Assembly (NCBI GenBank): GCA_002104945.1
Contig: MCFH01000053.1
Location: forward strand, 248,001-312,000
Reading direction: 5' to 3'
DNA: 64,000 nt
Origin: Piromyces finnis finn
Taxonomy: Eukaryota > Fungi > Neocallimastigomycota
This document shows positions 33,795 to 53,792 of the stretch, piece after piece. Below the pieces are notes generated by a model. The model made no database searches. It was not told the origin of the DNA and saw nothing but the letters and a program-made list of their open reading frames with translations. Numbering within the stretch: position 1 is the first letter of the stretch; each line of letters opens with the position of its first letter. The position numbers and the translations under genes are program-made.

Positions 33795-36261
33795 ATGTTG
33801 AAAAAAATTTTAGTATCGCTATTAGCAGGTAATAATTAATAAAGAAAATTTCTAGAATAAAATTAAAGATGTTTTTATATATGTGCATTGCAATTTATTC
33901 AAAATATTTTTAATGAAAACATATTAAAGCTAAAAAGAAATAAAAAGGATACTGACAATAAAATTTAAATTTTTTTTTAATACTTATATGTAAAGTTTAC
34001 TGCGTATCAGCTAAAAGTGATTTCATTGGTAATAAAAAAGACAGAGTAAAACTTTTTGAATTAACTGATAATGAAGTAGCTGTATTTAGAATAAACTTAC
34101 CATCAGAAGAATTTGCTCAATTAAAAGAAGATGCTCAATTTACTTTTGGTGGCTTCGGAGGATTTAATGCCACTGAAGGTGGTCCAGGCTTTGGAGGCTT
34201 CGGTGGATTCGGTGGTTTCAATAATACTGAAGGTGGTCCAGGAGGCTTTGGAGGCTTCGGTGGATTCGGTGGTTTCAATAACACTGAAGGTGGCCCAGGA
34301 GACTTCGGTGGCTTCGGTGGTTTCGGTGGTTTCAATAATACTGAAGGTGCTCCAGGAGGCTTCGGTGGATTCGGTGGTGATTTTGGTGATTTTAGTTTTG
34401 GCGATTTTAGTTTTGGCAACTTCAGTTTTGGAGGTGATATGTTTGGAAGTGATGATGCTTTTAAAACTAAAAATGCTACTTTATCTGTTGAATTAAATGG
34501 GTAAGTTTATTATGAATTAAAGAAATTATATATATAATATAAAATATAAATAAAAAAAATATTAATTAATAATGATTATTAAAATAAATGTCTAAAAAAT
34601 ATCATATTTAAAATAGTAAAAATAAAGAATTTGATAAAGTAACAGTATCCTTAGGTGGAAGTTCATCTCGTTCATTTGGTAAACAAGGTTATAATTTAAA
34701 AATTCGTGGTAAAAAAGATTTATACGGTGTTACTCAATTCAGACTTCGTCCAGATGCTCGTGAAGCTACTTATTTAAGATCAAAATTAGTTTGTGATATG
34801 CACAATCGTTTAGGTCTTCCTTCAATTTCTGCAAATTATGCTACCTTATATATTAATGATGAATATATGGGTTTCTACATCTTAATGGATTCTATTAAAT
34901 TACCATGGATTGAAGCAGAATTTGATGATAAGGATTCTACTTCATTATATCAATGTAAAAATATGAATAATAATTTAACAGTTAAAACATCTTCTAATGG
35001 TTGTGTTAATGAAAATGAAGAAGTTACTGATAATTCTGAATGGATTGAATTATTAACACGTCTTGATGCAGCTGAATCAGCTGAAGATATTGAAGATATT
35101 TTTGATGTTGATCAATTTTTAACCGAAATTGCTTATGAATATTTAGCTGGTTCATGGGATCATTATCTTAACTTTGGACATAATTTCTATATGTATAAGC
35201 CAAAGAATGATAAATGGAAGTTCCTTTTATACGATTTTGATGGAGAAATTGGACAAGATGTCTCATTAGCTAGTGGATTTGGAAAACAAAATGTTAACAC
35301 TGATTATCCATCATACTCATTTGCAGAATGGACAAAACAACGTCATCTTATTGATATTTTAATTTTAAAGGATTCTACTCGTTTTGATAATATTCTTAGA
35401 AACTTTGTTACAGAAGTTTTCAATCCAGCTACTCTTTTCCCACGTATTGATGAATTAAAAGAATTCATTAGACCATATGTTGAATTAGATAAGATTCCAG
35501 ATGAAAATGGCAAATATCCAGGAAGACTTAATGAAGGAGCCAGTGATTATTCATTAGCTCAATGGGAAGCTAATTCTGAATTTACATCTATTAACACTAC
35601 CCAAGGAAGTAAAGCTTATGGTTTAAAATACTGGATTCTTGCTAAATATAGATATGTTTGTAAAGCCTATGAAATGGAATGTGATGCAAAATATTTGGAT
35701 GAAAACTTTGAATACAGTATTGATAAAGAAGTTGAATATGTTGATAGAGGATTCGGAGGATTTGGAGGATTTGGAGGACAAGGTCAAGGTCAAGGTCAAG
35801 GACAAGGACAAGGACAAGGTTTCCCAGGTGGTGGTCAATTCCCAGGTGGTCAAGGTCAAGGACCAGTTGCTCCACCAACCACTACTCCATCTACTACTAC
35901 TCAACCAATTACTCCACCAACTACTACTCCATCTACTACTCAACCAACTGAAGAACCAGAACAACCACAAACATATAAATGTTGGGCTGAATTCATTGGA
36001 TATCAATGTTGTTCAGCTGAAAACACCGATGTCTATTTACACGACAGCAATGGTGATTGGGGTTATGATTTCGATACAAATGAATGGTGTGGTATTACTC
36101 CATATACTGAAAAAACTAATGATGAATGCTGGTCAGAAGAACTTGGTTATCCATGTTGTAAAGATTGTACAGTTTATGAAACTGATGAAAGTGGAGAATG
36201 GGGTTATGATTTTAAAAACATGCAATGGTGTGGTATTCAATCCTACTGCCCACTCAATTAA
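33795..36261 (+). CDS. CotH kinase-double dockerin, paralog 2; exons 33795-33828, 33996-34500, 34617-36261
   Basis: Signal peptide MLKKILVSLLAVYCVSA. Same intron positions and phases as paralog 1. GSWDHYLNFGHNFYMY and YDFD. GGF-repeat insert in exon 2. Two dockerins. Confidence 0.92.
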
Positions 36262-36865
36262 ATAGTCAAATAAGTGATTTATATTTTATAATTATAAAGG
36301 TTTTAATTAGTATATACCTACAATGATAAAATATAATGATTATTTTTTTTATTGTATTGATTTATCTTTATTTAACTTCATTTAAATTTAATTTATTGAT
36401 ATTTTAAATTGTTATATAAAAAAAACTATTAGTAATTATATTGAAATTAAAAAACAAAAAAATATAAAAATAAAATACATATTTATATTTAAAAATTTAT
36501 AATGAAGAAATTAAGTTTCCAAAAAGGTGTCATTTTTATTATTTATAGCCATATAAAATAAGTTTCCATAAAGTATTATTTTATATGAAAGGAGAGAAAA
36601 AAATTTATGATACCGTTTTATTTTTAATTTTGTTTTTTTATAACATATATTATGATTTTAATTAAAGGAATAATAAAATTTAAAAATATTTGATTAAAAA
36701 AAAAAAAATATGACACAAAAAAATAGAGAATATTTCATTTCATATCAAAAAAGACTCATATTAATAATATAAATATGAGTATAAATATGAATATAAATTT
36801 AAATAGATAATGTTTTTTTTTTAACAAAGATTAATTATTTATAAATTTATTTTTATTTATTTATA

Positions 36866-37144
<279 letters not shown>

Positions 37145-37870
37145 TTTGGTATTACATCCCTTTAATGAAAAAAGTTCCAAAAAAGTAAAAGCTCAAAATT
37201 TCAATGCATTATTTACCAGTAATAAAGATTATTTATTACCACCACAAAATAAAATTTATTGAATTCTATAGAATGAAATATTTTCATTTTTATTTTATTA
37301 TAAATTTTATTTCTTATCTTAAAAGTTTACTGTTTCATTCTTCCATTCTCTCTTTTCATATAGTAGAATAAAGCTCAACAATATATAAAAATTGAGAAAT
37401 TTTAAAAAGACATTCATAGTAAAAAAAAGTTTTTTTTTCTTATTTATCACAACTGTCAATATAAAATTAAAACTTTATCACCAATAATATGCTTGATTTA
37501 TATTAATTTTGTTTTATAATGTAATCATAAATTAAAAATTCTTTAATAATAATTAGAATTTTGTAGGTTCCAAGACTTTAATGAAATATTTAAAAAAAAA
37601 CTTATTATTATAATAAATTAATATAACATAAATAATTTTTAAGTTAATATATAAATAACTTTTTTTTTTTTTATATTTAATATATATATAAAAGGCCTTT
37701 TTTTTTTTTTATGTTTAAAATTTTTTTTCACTAAAATAATTTGTAAATAGTTTTAAAATAAAATAAAATATAAAAAAATATAAATTATTTATATATAATT
37801 ACTATCCTTTATATTAAAATAAAATTTTAAAAAAATAAAATCAAAATTATTTTAAATTGAAAAAAAAATA

Positions 37871-40363
37871 ATGTTTAAAAAAATTTTAGTATCATTATTA
37901 GCAGGTAATTAGAAATTATAGTTTTATATTTTATTATTATTAAAATAGATATAGAATAATAATTTATATGAAAATAATACTTTTTTTTTGGATATTCAGT
38001 ATACAGTGTATCTGCTAAAAGTGATTTTATTGGTTCAAAAAAAGAAAGAGCAAAACTTTTTAAATTAACAGATAATGAGGTTGCTGTATTTAGAATAACC
38101 TTACCAGAAGAAGAATTTACACAATTAAAAAGTGAAGCTCAAATGAGTATGCCAGGTCCACCTGGTGGTGGTGCCGGTGGTCCTCCTGGTGGTCGTCCTG
38201 GTGGTGGTGGTGGTTTTAATATGCCAGACTTAGGAGGTAATATGCCAGACTTTGGAGGTAATATGCCAGACTTTGGAGGTAATATGCCAGATTTTGGAGG
38301 TGATGGAAAACCTCCAGGTGGAGGTGGTATGTTTGGAGGTGAAGGAAAACCTCCAGGTGGAGGTGGTATGTTTGGAGATGAGGATTCCTTTAAAACAAAA
38401 AATGCTACTTTATCTGTTGAATTAAATGGGTATGTTTAAAAATATTATCATTTTTTAATATTCATAATGGATTCATTGATTATTTAATATTTTATTATCA
38501 TTTTTTAATATTCATAATGGATTCATTGATTATTTAATATTTTATTATCATTTTTTAATATTCATAATGGATTCATTGATTATTTAATATTTGATTAATG
38601 CAATAATACTAAATTAAAATAATATGTATTTCAAAATAAAAATAAACTTCATATGCTATAGTAAAACAAAGGACTTTGATAGTTTAACATTATCTTTAGG
38701 AGGTAGTTCATCTCGTATGTTTGGTAAACAAGGTTATAATTTAAAAATTCGTGGTAAAAAAGATTTATATGGTCGTACTCAATTCAGACTTCGTCCAGAT
38801 GCTCGTGAAGCTACTTATTTAAGATCAAAATTAGTTTGTGATATGCACAATCGTTTAGGTCTTCCTTCAATTTCTGCAAATTATGCTACCTTATATATTA
38901 ATGATGAATATATGGGTTTCTACATCTTAATGGATTCTATTAAATTACCATGGATTGAAGCAGAATTTGATGATAAGGATTCTACTTCATTATATCAATG
39001 TAAAAATATGAATAATAATTTAACAGTTAAAACATCTTCTAATGGTTGTGTTAATGAAAATGAAGAAGTTACTGATAATTCTGAATGGATTGAATTATTA
39101 ACACGTCTTGATGCAGCTGAATCAGCTGAAGATATTGAAGATATTTTTGATGTTGATCAATTTTTAACCGAAATTGCTTATGAATATTTAGCTGGTTCAT
39201 GGGATCATTATCTTAACTTTGGACATAATTTCTATATGTATAAGCCAAAGAATGATAAATGGAAGTTCCTTTTATACGATTTTGATGGAGAAATTGGACA
39301 AGATGTCTCATTAGCTAGTGGATTTGGAAAACAAAATGTTAACACTGATTATCCATCATACTCATTTGCAGAATGGACAAAACAACGTCATCTTATTGAT
39401 ATTTTAATTTTAAAGGATTCTACTCGTTTTGATAATATTCTTAGAAACTTTGTTACAGAAGTTTTCAATCCAGCTACTCTTTTCCCACGTATTGATGAAT
39501 TAAAAGAATTCATTAGACCATATGTTGAATTAGATAAGATTCCAGATGAAAATGGCAAATATCCAGGAAGACTTAATGAAGGAGCTAGTGATTATTCATT
39601 AGCTCAATGGGAAGCTAATTCTGAATTTACATCTATTAACACTACCCAAGGAAGTAAAGCTTATGGTTTAAAATACTGGATTCTTGCTAAATATAGATAT
39701 GTTTGTAAAGCCTATGAAATGGAATGTGATGCAAAATATTTGGATGAAAACTTTGAATACAGTATTGATAAAGAAGTTGAATATGTTGATAGAGGATTTG
39801 GAGGATTTGGAGGATTTGGAGGACAAGGTCAAGGACAAGGTCAAGGTCAAGGACAAGGACAAGGTTTCCCAGGTGGTGGTCAATTCCCAGGTGGTCAAGG
39901 TCAAGGACAAGGACAAGGTTTCCCAGGTGGTGGTCAATTCCCAGGTGGTCAAGGTCAAGGACCAGTTGCTCCACCAACCACTACTCCATCTACTACTACT
40001 CAACCAATTACTCCACCAACTACTACTCCATCTACTACTCAACCACCAACTGAAGAACCAGAACAACCACAAACATATAAATGTTGGGCTGAATTCATTG
40101 GATATCAATGTTGTTCAGCTGAAAACACCGATGTCTATTTACACGACAGCAATGGTGATTGGGGTTATGATTTCGATACAAATGAATGGTGTGGTATTAC
40201 TCCATATACTGAAAAAACTAATGATGAATGCTGGTCAGAAGAACTTGGTTATCCATGTTGTAAAGATTGTACAGTTTATGAAACTGATGAAAGTGGAGAA
40301 TGGGGTTATGATTTTAAAAACATGCAATGGTGTGGTATTCAATCCTATTGCCCACTTAATTAA
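37871..40363 (+). CDS. CotH kinase-double dockerin, paralog 3; exons 37871-37904, 38000-38429, 38662-40363
   Basis: Signal peptide MFKKILVSLLAVYSVSA. Exon 2 insert of GGNMPDF and GKPPGGGGMF repeats. Exon 3 nearly identical to that of paralog 2. Confidence 0.92.
38443..38592. repeat. Three 50-bp tandem repeats inside CotH-3 intron 2
   Basis: ttcataatggattcattgattatttaatattt recurs at 38461, 38511 and 38561. Confidence 0.9.
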
Positions 40364-42542
40364 TTTTTAAAAAAGGCAATTAATATGAATTGAATACATC
40401 CATCGAATTTGTATTATTCTATGGTGTGTAACTCATTATCAATATTATCATTCAATATAAATAATTAATAGCTAATAATATAAAATATGATTATTTTAAT
40501 AATAAATTATGAAACATTATTATTCAATAATTAATTTACTTTATTTTATAATATACTGAAAATATTGTATCAAACAATATGAAATAAATACTAATAAATA
40601 TTGCTATTTAAAAGTGTATTATTCATATTAACATAAATAATAAAAATAAAATAATTATATATATAACTTTATACTTTAAAATAAATTTATAAATTTTATT
40701 TTAATATTTTTTATATCTATCAATTAAAATTGCAAATGCATATTTTTACATTTATTACAAACAAAAAAATAAAATATGACATTAATAAAAATATAAAAGG
40801 AATTATTGTTTTTATATTGAAGTGAATAACAATAGAATTAATGAAAATATTTTTTTTAAAAAAAAAACCAACAAATATATAATAAAAATATAAAATAAAT
40901 TGTAATTTTATATCTTTTTTTTTTATTTAATTTTCTATTTAGAAAAATTTTATATCTTTTTTTATTATTATAATTAAAATTTCTATTTATAATAAAGAGC
41001 TTTTTTTCTTTTTAAAGATAAAAAAAAAAAAAAAAGAAAAATAGTATTAACTTTTTGTATTCAATACTCCACAAAGATTATTATGATTCATATTAAACAT
41101 ATTGATGATTCATGTATTCATCTTTCATCAAACTTTAAATTCTTTTTTATTATTCAATAAAGTTTGAAATTCATAATGAAACAAAATAAGATTTAATTAT
41201 TAAAAACAATATTAATATTAAAAATATATATATTTAACTATAATTAATAATATAATATCTTTTTTTTTGATAACTGATAATATATTGGTTTATATTTTAA
41301 TTTATTTCTTGGAATTTTTATATCTCCAATTTTAATTTATTAATATATAAATAATATTTATGTGAAATATAACCAAGAAATAAAAACAGATAAAAGGTTA
41401 CACTTTTTTTTTCTTTAATTTATTTGTAATATATAAATAGACATAAATAATAATTATTAGTTAGAACAATAATAAAAATATGATAGTAATGTGAAATATT
41501 ATATATAAACTTTAATTATTAATAATTACATAAAATAAATTAAAATAATCATGGATTAACGTGACTAAACCCAATTGAGGCGTATAAATTTTACCAAAAT
41601 AAAGTGAAAACATAAATTTATTTTATTAATTTTAAATAATAAAAACATCATAAATTAAAAAATCTAAATTTATATAAAAATAAAGTTTAATATTATTTTT
41701 TAATTAAAATCTTCGGTTTTACAATATTATAAATTATGATATAAAACAATATCTGTTATTTTATAAACTTTATTGTTTATTCTTTTACTAATTGATTTAA
41801 TTGATTTAGAATAGTTTGTTATTATTATTATTATTATTGTTGTGATTATTTCTTGGTTGTGGATTAAAATGGTTTAAATTCATTTTTGTATTGACATGTA
41901 ACAGTTGTTAACCTAGAGATTCAATATACATGAAATAAATAAATAAAATTATATAACTTTTGTTAATTATTATAGATATTATATAAATATATAAATATAT
42001 ATACTATATATATTATTACATTATTACATACATTATTATTATTATTATTTTTTTTTTTTTACTTTCGATTCTATTACAAAGTTCTTTTCAAAATAATTTT
42101 TTTTAAAAAGATATTAAATTTCTTATTGGTCAGTAATTTATTTTTTCTTGGAATTTTCACTATTTCCAATATTTAATGTTAAATTAAAAAAAATTAATCA
42201 ATCCATAAACTATTGAATATACTTTAAAAACTAAATTTTAATTATTAATTTTTTAAAAAAAAATGTTTATTTAAAACAATTAAATAATAAAAGAAAAATT
42301 TTATATAAAATATTTTATTTTTTCCTTACATTACTTTTAAAATTTAAAAAAAAAAAAAAAAATGTATATATTTAATTAATAGAAGTAATTAAATATATAT
42401 ATAGTAAATGATGATGTTAATAATTGTTGGATTTTATTAGAATTATATCATTATTTAATAATAAAAAATTAAAAATTAAAAATAACAAAATATTAGAATT
42501 AAATAATAAAATATCTATACATCATCATTTGGGAAAATAAAA

Positions 42543-44805
42543 ATGCTTAAAATAATTATTTTTATATTGTTATCTGGTAATTATTACTATTTTTTAAGAA
42601 ACGAAAATTTGTTAAAAAAATAATATTAATAAATAAATATGAATATTTTTATTAAAAAAAACTAGTTTACTATGCCTCAGCTATCAATACCTTCATTGGA
42701 AATAATAAGCGTGCTGAAATTTTTGAATTAACTGATAATGAAATTGCTGTTTTTAATATTTTTTTACCTAAAACTGAACTTGTCCAATTGAAAAGAGCAG
42801 CACAATATGGTAATATTCAAATAAATACTATAAATACTTCATTTAAAACTAAAAATGCAACATTAATTGTGGATATTAAAGGGTAAAAAAATAATATACT
42901 AAAATATAAATTTGTAAAATATGTATAATATTTAAAAAAAAAAAGTCACTTTATCATTTTTTTAATATTACTAAATAATAATAAATAATAATATATTATA
43001 ATTATTTTATTTTTAATATAATAATATAATTGATTAGAATTGAAAAAGTTTATGATAAAGTGACATTTTCACTTGGGGGTAGTTCATCTCGTTCATTTGG
43101 AAAACAAGGTTATAATTTAAAAATTCGTGGTAAAGAAGATTTATTTGGTCGTACTCATTTAAGACTTCGTCCAGATGCTCGTGAAGCTACTTATTTAAGA
43201 TCAAAATTAGTTTGTGATATACACAATCGTTTAGGTCTTCCTTCAATTTCTGCAAATTTTGCTACCTTATATATTAATGATGAATTTATGGGATTCTATG
43301 TTTTATTGGATGCTTTTAAATTATCATGGGTTGAACATGAATATAACGAGAAAGATACTACTACTTTATATCAATGTAAAGACTTAAATAATTATTTAAC
43401 AGTACAAACTTCTTCTAAAGGTTGTACCAATGAAAATGAAGAAGTTACCAATCATTCTGAATGGATTGATTTTTTAACTCGTTTAGATGCAGCTCAATCT
43501 GCTGAAGAAATTGAAGATTTCTTTGATATTGATCAGTTCTTAAAGGAAATCGCTTTTGAATATTTATCTGGTTCATGGGATCATTACCTTAACTATGCTC
43601 ATAATTTTTATATGTATAAACCAAAGAATGATAAATGGAAATTCCTTTTATACGATTTCGATGGTGAATTTGGTCAAGATATTGCTAACGGAACTCAAAA
43701 TCAACGTAATCCAAGTGATGATTATCCAAATTATACTTTCCGTCAATGGGCAAGAAAGCGTCATCTTATTGATATTTTAATTATAAATAATTCTACTCGT
43801 TTTGATAATATAGTTAGAAACTTTGTAACTGAAGCTTTTAACCCAACTGTTCTTTTCCCACATATTGATGAGTTAAAAGAATTTATTAGACCATACGTTG
43901 TCATGGATAAAACTCCAAATAAAAATGGTAAATATCCTGGTAGACTTAATGAAAGATCTGGTGATTATTCCTTTGCTCAATGGGATGCTAATTGTGAATT
44001 TACATCAATTAGATCTACACAAGGTGCCAAAGCTTATGGATTAAAATTCTGGATTCTTGCTAAATATAGATTTGTTTGTAGAACTTATAATATAGAATGT
44101 GATCCATACTATACGGATGAAAATTATAAATATTCTATTGATGAAAATGTAGAATTTAAAACTAAATACTATTATCCATTTTATGTGTCAAAAACACAAA
44201 CTCAGTCAACAACAACAGCAACAACAGAAAGTATAATTTCAACTACACCTCCTACTGAAGGGATCATACCATCATCAACTGTAGATTCTCAATTATTTGA
44301 AAATACAAATATAAGTTTTCAAACAACTACAACTACAACTATTGCTTCTCAATCGACCACAACAGAAACTATGACAATCACTCCATCATTCGAAATCACA
44401 GTTTCACAATCTACTACTCTATCTGAACCTACAGAAACTTCAACTTCAGAAATAGTAACAACAACTTCAGATTTAATAATTCCAACTTCAGAAGCATTAA
44501 AACCTAGATATAATTGTTGGCTAGAATATATTGGTAGTGAATTTTCATGCTGTGATTCTGGAAACACAGATGTTTATTTTTATGATGGAGATGGTGAATG
44601 GGGATTTAATTTTGAAACTCAAGAATGGTGTGGACTTTCCCCATATATTGATATAGTTGAAGATAAAGAATGCTGGTCATTAAAACAAGGTTATTCATGT
44701 TGTAGAGGTTGTAAAGTTCAAACTAAAGATGAATATGGAAAGTGGGGTATAGAAAATAATGAATGGTGTGGAATTCAATCCTATTGTTCCACGATCACTT
44801 TATAA
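42543..44805 (+). CDS. CotH kinase-double dockerin, paralog 4; exons 42543-42576, 42666-42882, 43038-44805
   Basis: Signal peptide MLKIIIFILLSVYYASA. No exon-2 insert. GSWDHYLNYAHNFYMY and YDFD. Long Thr/Ser linker and two dockerins. Confidence 0.92.
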
Positions 44806-45475
44806 GAATAACTGTATAAAAAAAAAAAGGCGTAAAACCTCAAAAATAAAAAAAAAATAAAATAAAATAATAATATTACTTATGATGTAATTATATATAT
44901 AGATTTCAATAATTAAAATTTATTTAAAGGAACCTTGTTAATATAAAAATAGGGTGAAATGAAATAAATAATACTTTATATTAATTATTGAAAAAAAAAA
45001 AAATTTTTTTTTTACATAATTTATCTCATTCAATTACCTATAATTTTTATACCTAATAAAAATATTATATATCCATGTTTATATATATCATTATAAATAT
45101 TATAATAACAATTAATAATTACTTTATCATCTTTTAACTATATCAAAAAAATTTATAAATTCCAAACAACATAATAAATAATTAATCAATTTTGTAATTA
45201 AATAAAAAAAATAAAAACAATTATAAATATTTATAGTTTCTTTTTTATATTTTTCTTTTTATTATTATTGTTATTATTACTATTTATTCAAATGGGAGGA
45301 TTATTAAGGATTAATGAATATATTAATATTAAGAGTGTTAATGATAAAAAATTATAAATTATATGAATTCATACAATAATCAAAATATTTTTTTTTTTTA
45401 AATTATTTTTTTAATTAAAAAAAAAAAAATAAGAAAGAAAATTATATACAATTCTTTTTTTTTTTTTTCTATGTT

Positions 45476-51556
<6,081 letters not shown>

Positions 51557-53792
51557 TTCTTTAAATTTCAATATAAAAAACTAATATTTTAAATTATGTG
51601 TGTTTTTTTATGTGTTTATATTAAAAGTTATTAAGTTGGTTTAAATTTGATGAAATGAAATGAGATATGATAATAAATATATATTTCTAAAATTAAATTA
51701 AAAAATAAATGAAATGAAATGTAATATATTGAGATTATGAAAATTCCCTGGTTTATTAAAAAAAATTACAAATTATTTCATTCTATATGTTTTTTTTTTA
51801 ATAGATAAAAAGGTTGATAAAAATATGATTAAATTTTGTAAAACTTATATTCCAGATATACTTTATTGAATTAATAGGATATAATATTAAAAGATTATGC
51901 TATTATTGGATAATGTTTATAATCACTAATTAATATTTTATGCGTAAAAAGAAAAAAAAATATTATGAGATTTATAATGAAATTACAATAAGGCAAGAAT
52001 TGTATTTACTGAAATTTCATTGTATAATTTAAGGATTTATAAATATTTAATGTAATATACTTTTTAAAGCGTTTTAATCCATTGTATCTATCCAATTTAT
52101 TCAGTATTTAGTTAAAGTAATTTATTTTTTATTCTTTTATTAATAATAAATTATTACTAATTAAAGATTTCTAAATCTGATTCAATTAAAAATTTGCAAA
52201 TTTTAAAATTGTGATTTATAGGTATTAATATTATTATTGGTAAAAGCAAAGTTTTCCAATCCATAAAATGAATTAAAAGGGTTAGGTTAGATATTGATAT
52301 ATAAATTTAGTAATTAATAACTAGCAAAATAGTTGAAAGGTAATGATATTGAAAATAATGTTTAATAACATTATTATAAAAAATTATAAAAACTTTTAAA
52401 ATTCCATAATGTTTATGTCATTATTGTTTTGTAGAAGCAATTTTAAAATATTAAAATATTATTTAATACTTTATAATACCTCAAGTTTTTTAATTTTCAA
52501 AAAGTTGCTTCTCCTTAGTATGAAAAAATAATAATTTCATAGCATATAACATTAATAAAATTTATTCGTTAAAGAAACTTCATTTGTAAAAAAAATATTA
52601 ATCATAATCAGCATAAATAATTTTAATCTCTTATTTTATAAGTTTTTTTTATGATATTATAGACGTTATGTTTTATTTTCAATAATAAAACGTAGAATAA
52701 AGTGATAAAAAAAAATATAAATTATTTTATTTTAATTTTTTAAAATAGTGCCAAAACTCATAGTTGAACTCATTAGTCCAATAGATATTTGTTAAAATTA
52801 TTGTTGGTTTATTAATGTAATTAGTAATTGAAAAAGTAAATCAACATATAATAAGAAATAAATAGATATATATATAAGGATACGAAAAATAAAATTAACC
52901 AACAAATATTATATAAACTAAGCAATTTTACCTCAATAGAATAAAGAAGTGCTTTTTGTAAAACTACAATACAATAAAAGATTATTTCATTACATTATGT
53001 ATTAAGATAATGTATTGTAACTTTAATTATTATAATTTAAATTACATAAAGAAATTTATTAAAACTTCCACTTTCACTCTTTATTAGTGAAGTAAATTAA
53101 AAAAAAAAAAGAAATTTTATTTATATTAAAGTTAATTCGATGGCTATAAAAATATATTGTAATTGAATATTCAATAAATTAAAAAAAAGGAGAAGCCTTA
53201 ATTTTAAAGTTTTTAAAATTTTTTAATCTAATTAATAATTTGAATTAGTAATTAATAAATACAGAAAAAAGGTATGAATGTTTTTTTTACTGATTGGAAA
53301 AAAAAAAAAAAAAAAAAAATAATAAATAAATAAATAAAGTTATCCTAATTACCAAAAAAAAAAAAAATAGTAATATTATATCAAAGAGATTTAAACTATT
53401 TAATATTTAATGAACTATATTTAAATTTTTTATTTATTAATTATAAAGATAAAAAAGATGTGTTAATTAAAATGCAACCTTTTTTGTTTCTTTATATAGT
53501 CAAATTTAAAAAGTTTTATCGTTTTATCTTTTTGACAAAAATAAAATATGTAAAAGAATTAAATTAATAAATTATAGTTATGACTCATAAGAAATAGAAA
53601 AATATAAAATAAATAAATAAAATGATTAAACTTTTCGGTTTTTTACTGTTATGTGAAAAAAAAAAATTAATAATTTACATTAGATTCATTCGTTTTTTTT
53701 TTTTTGTCTATTAAAAACTATTGATAATGCTGCTTAATATTTCAATAATACGATAATAATGATTTGCCCAATTTAATTTATTATTATTTTGT

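Noticed and set aside
51600-53700. Possible decayed minus-strand pseudogene between TAF1 and GSH1
   Set aside because: A few codon-like patches and one donor-like site, but no recognisable protein motif could be reconstructed.
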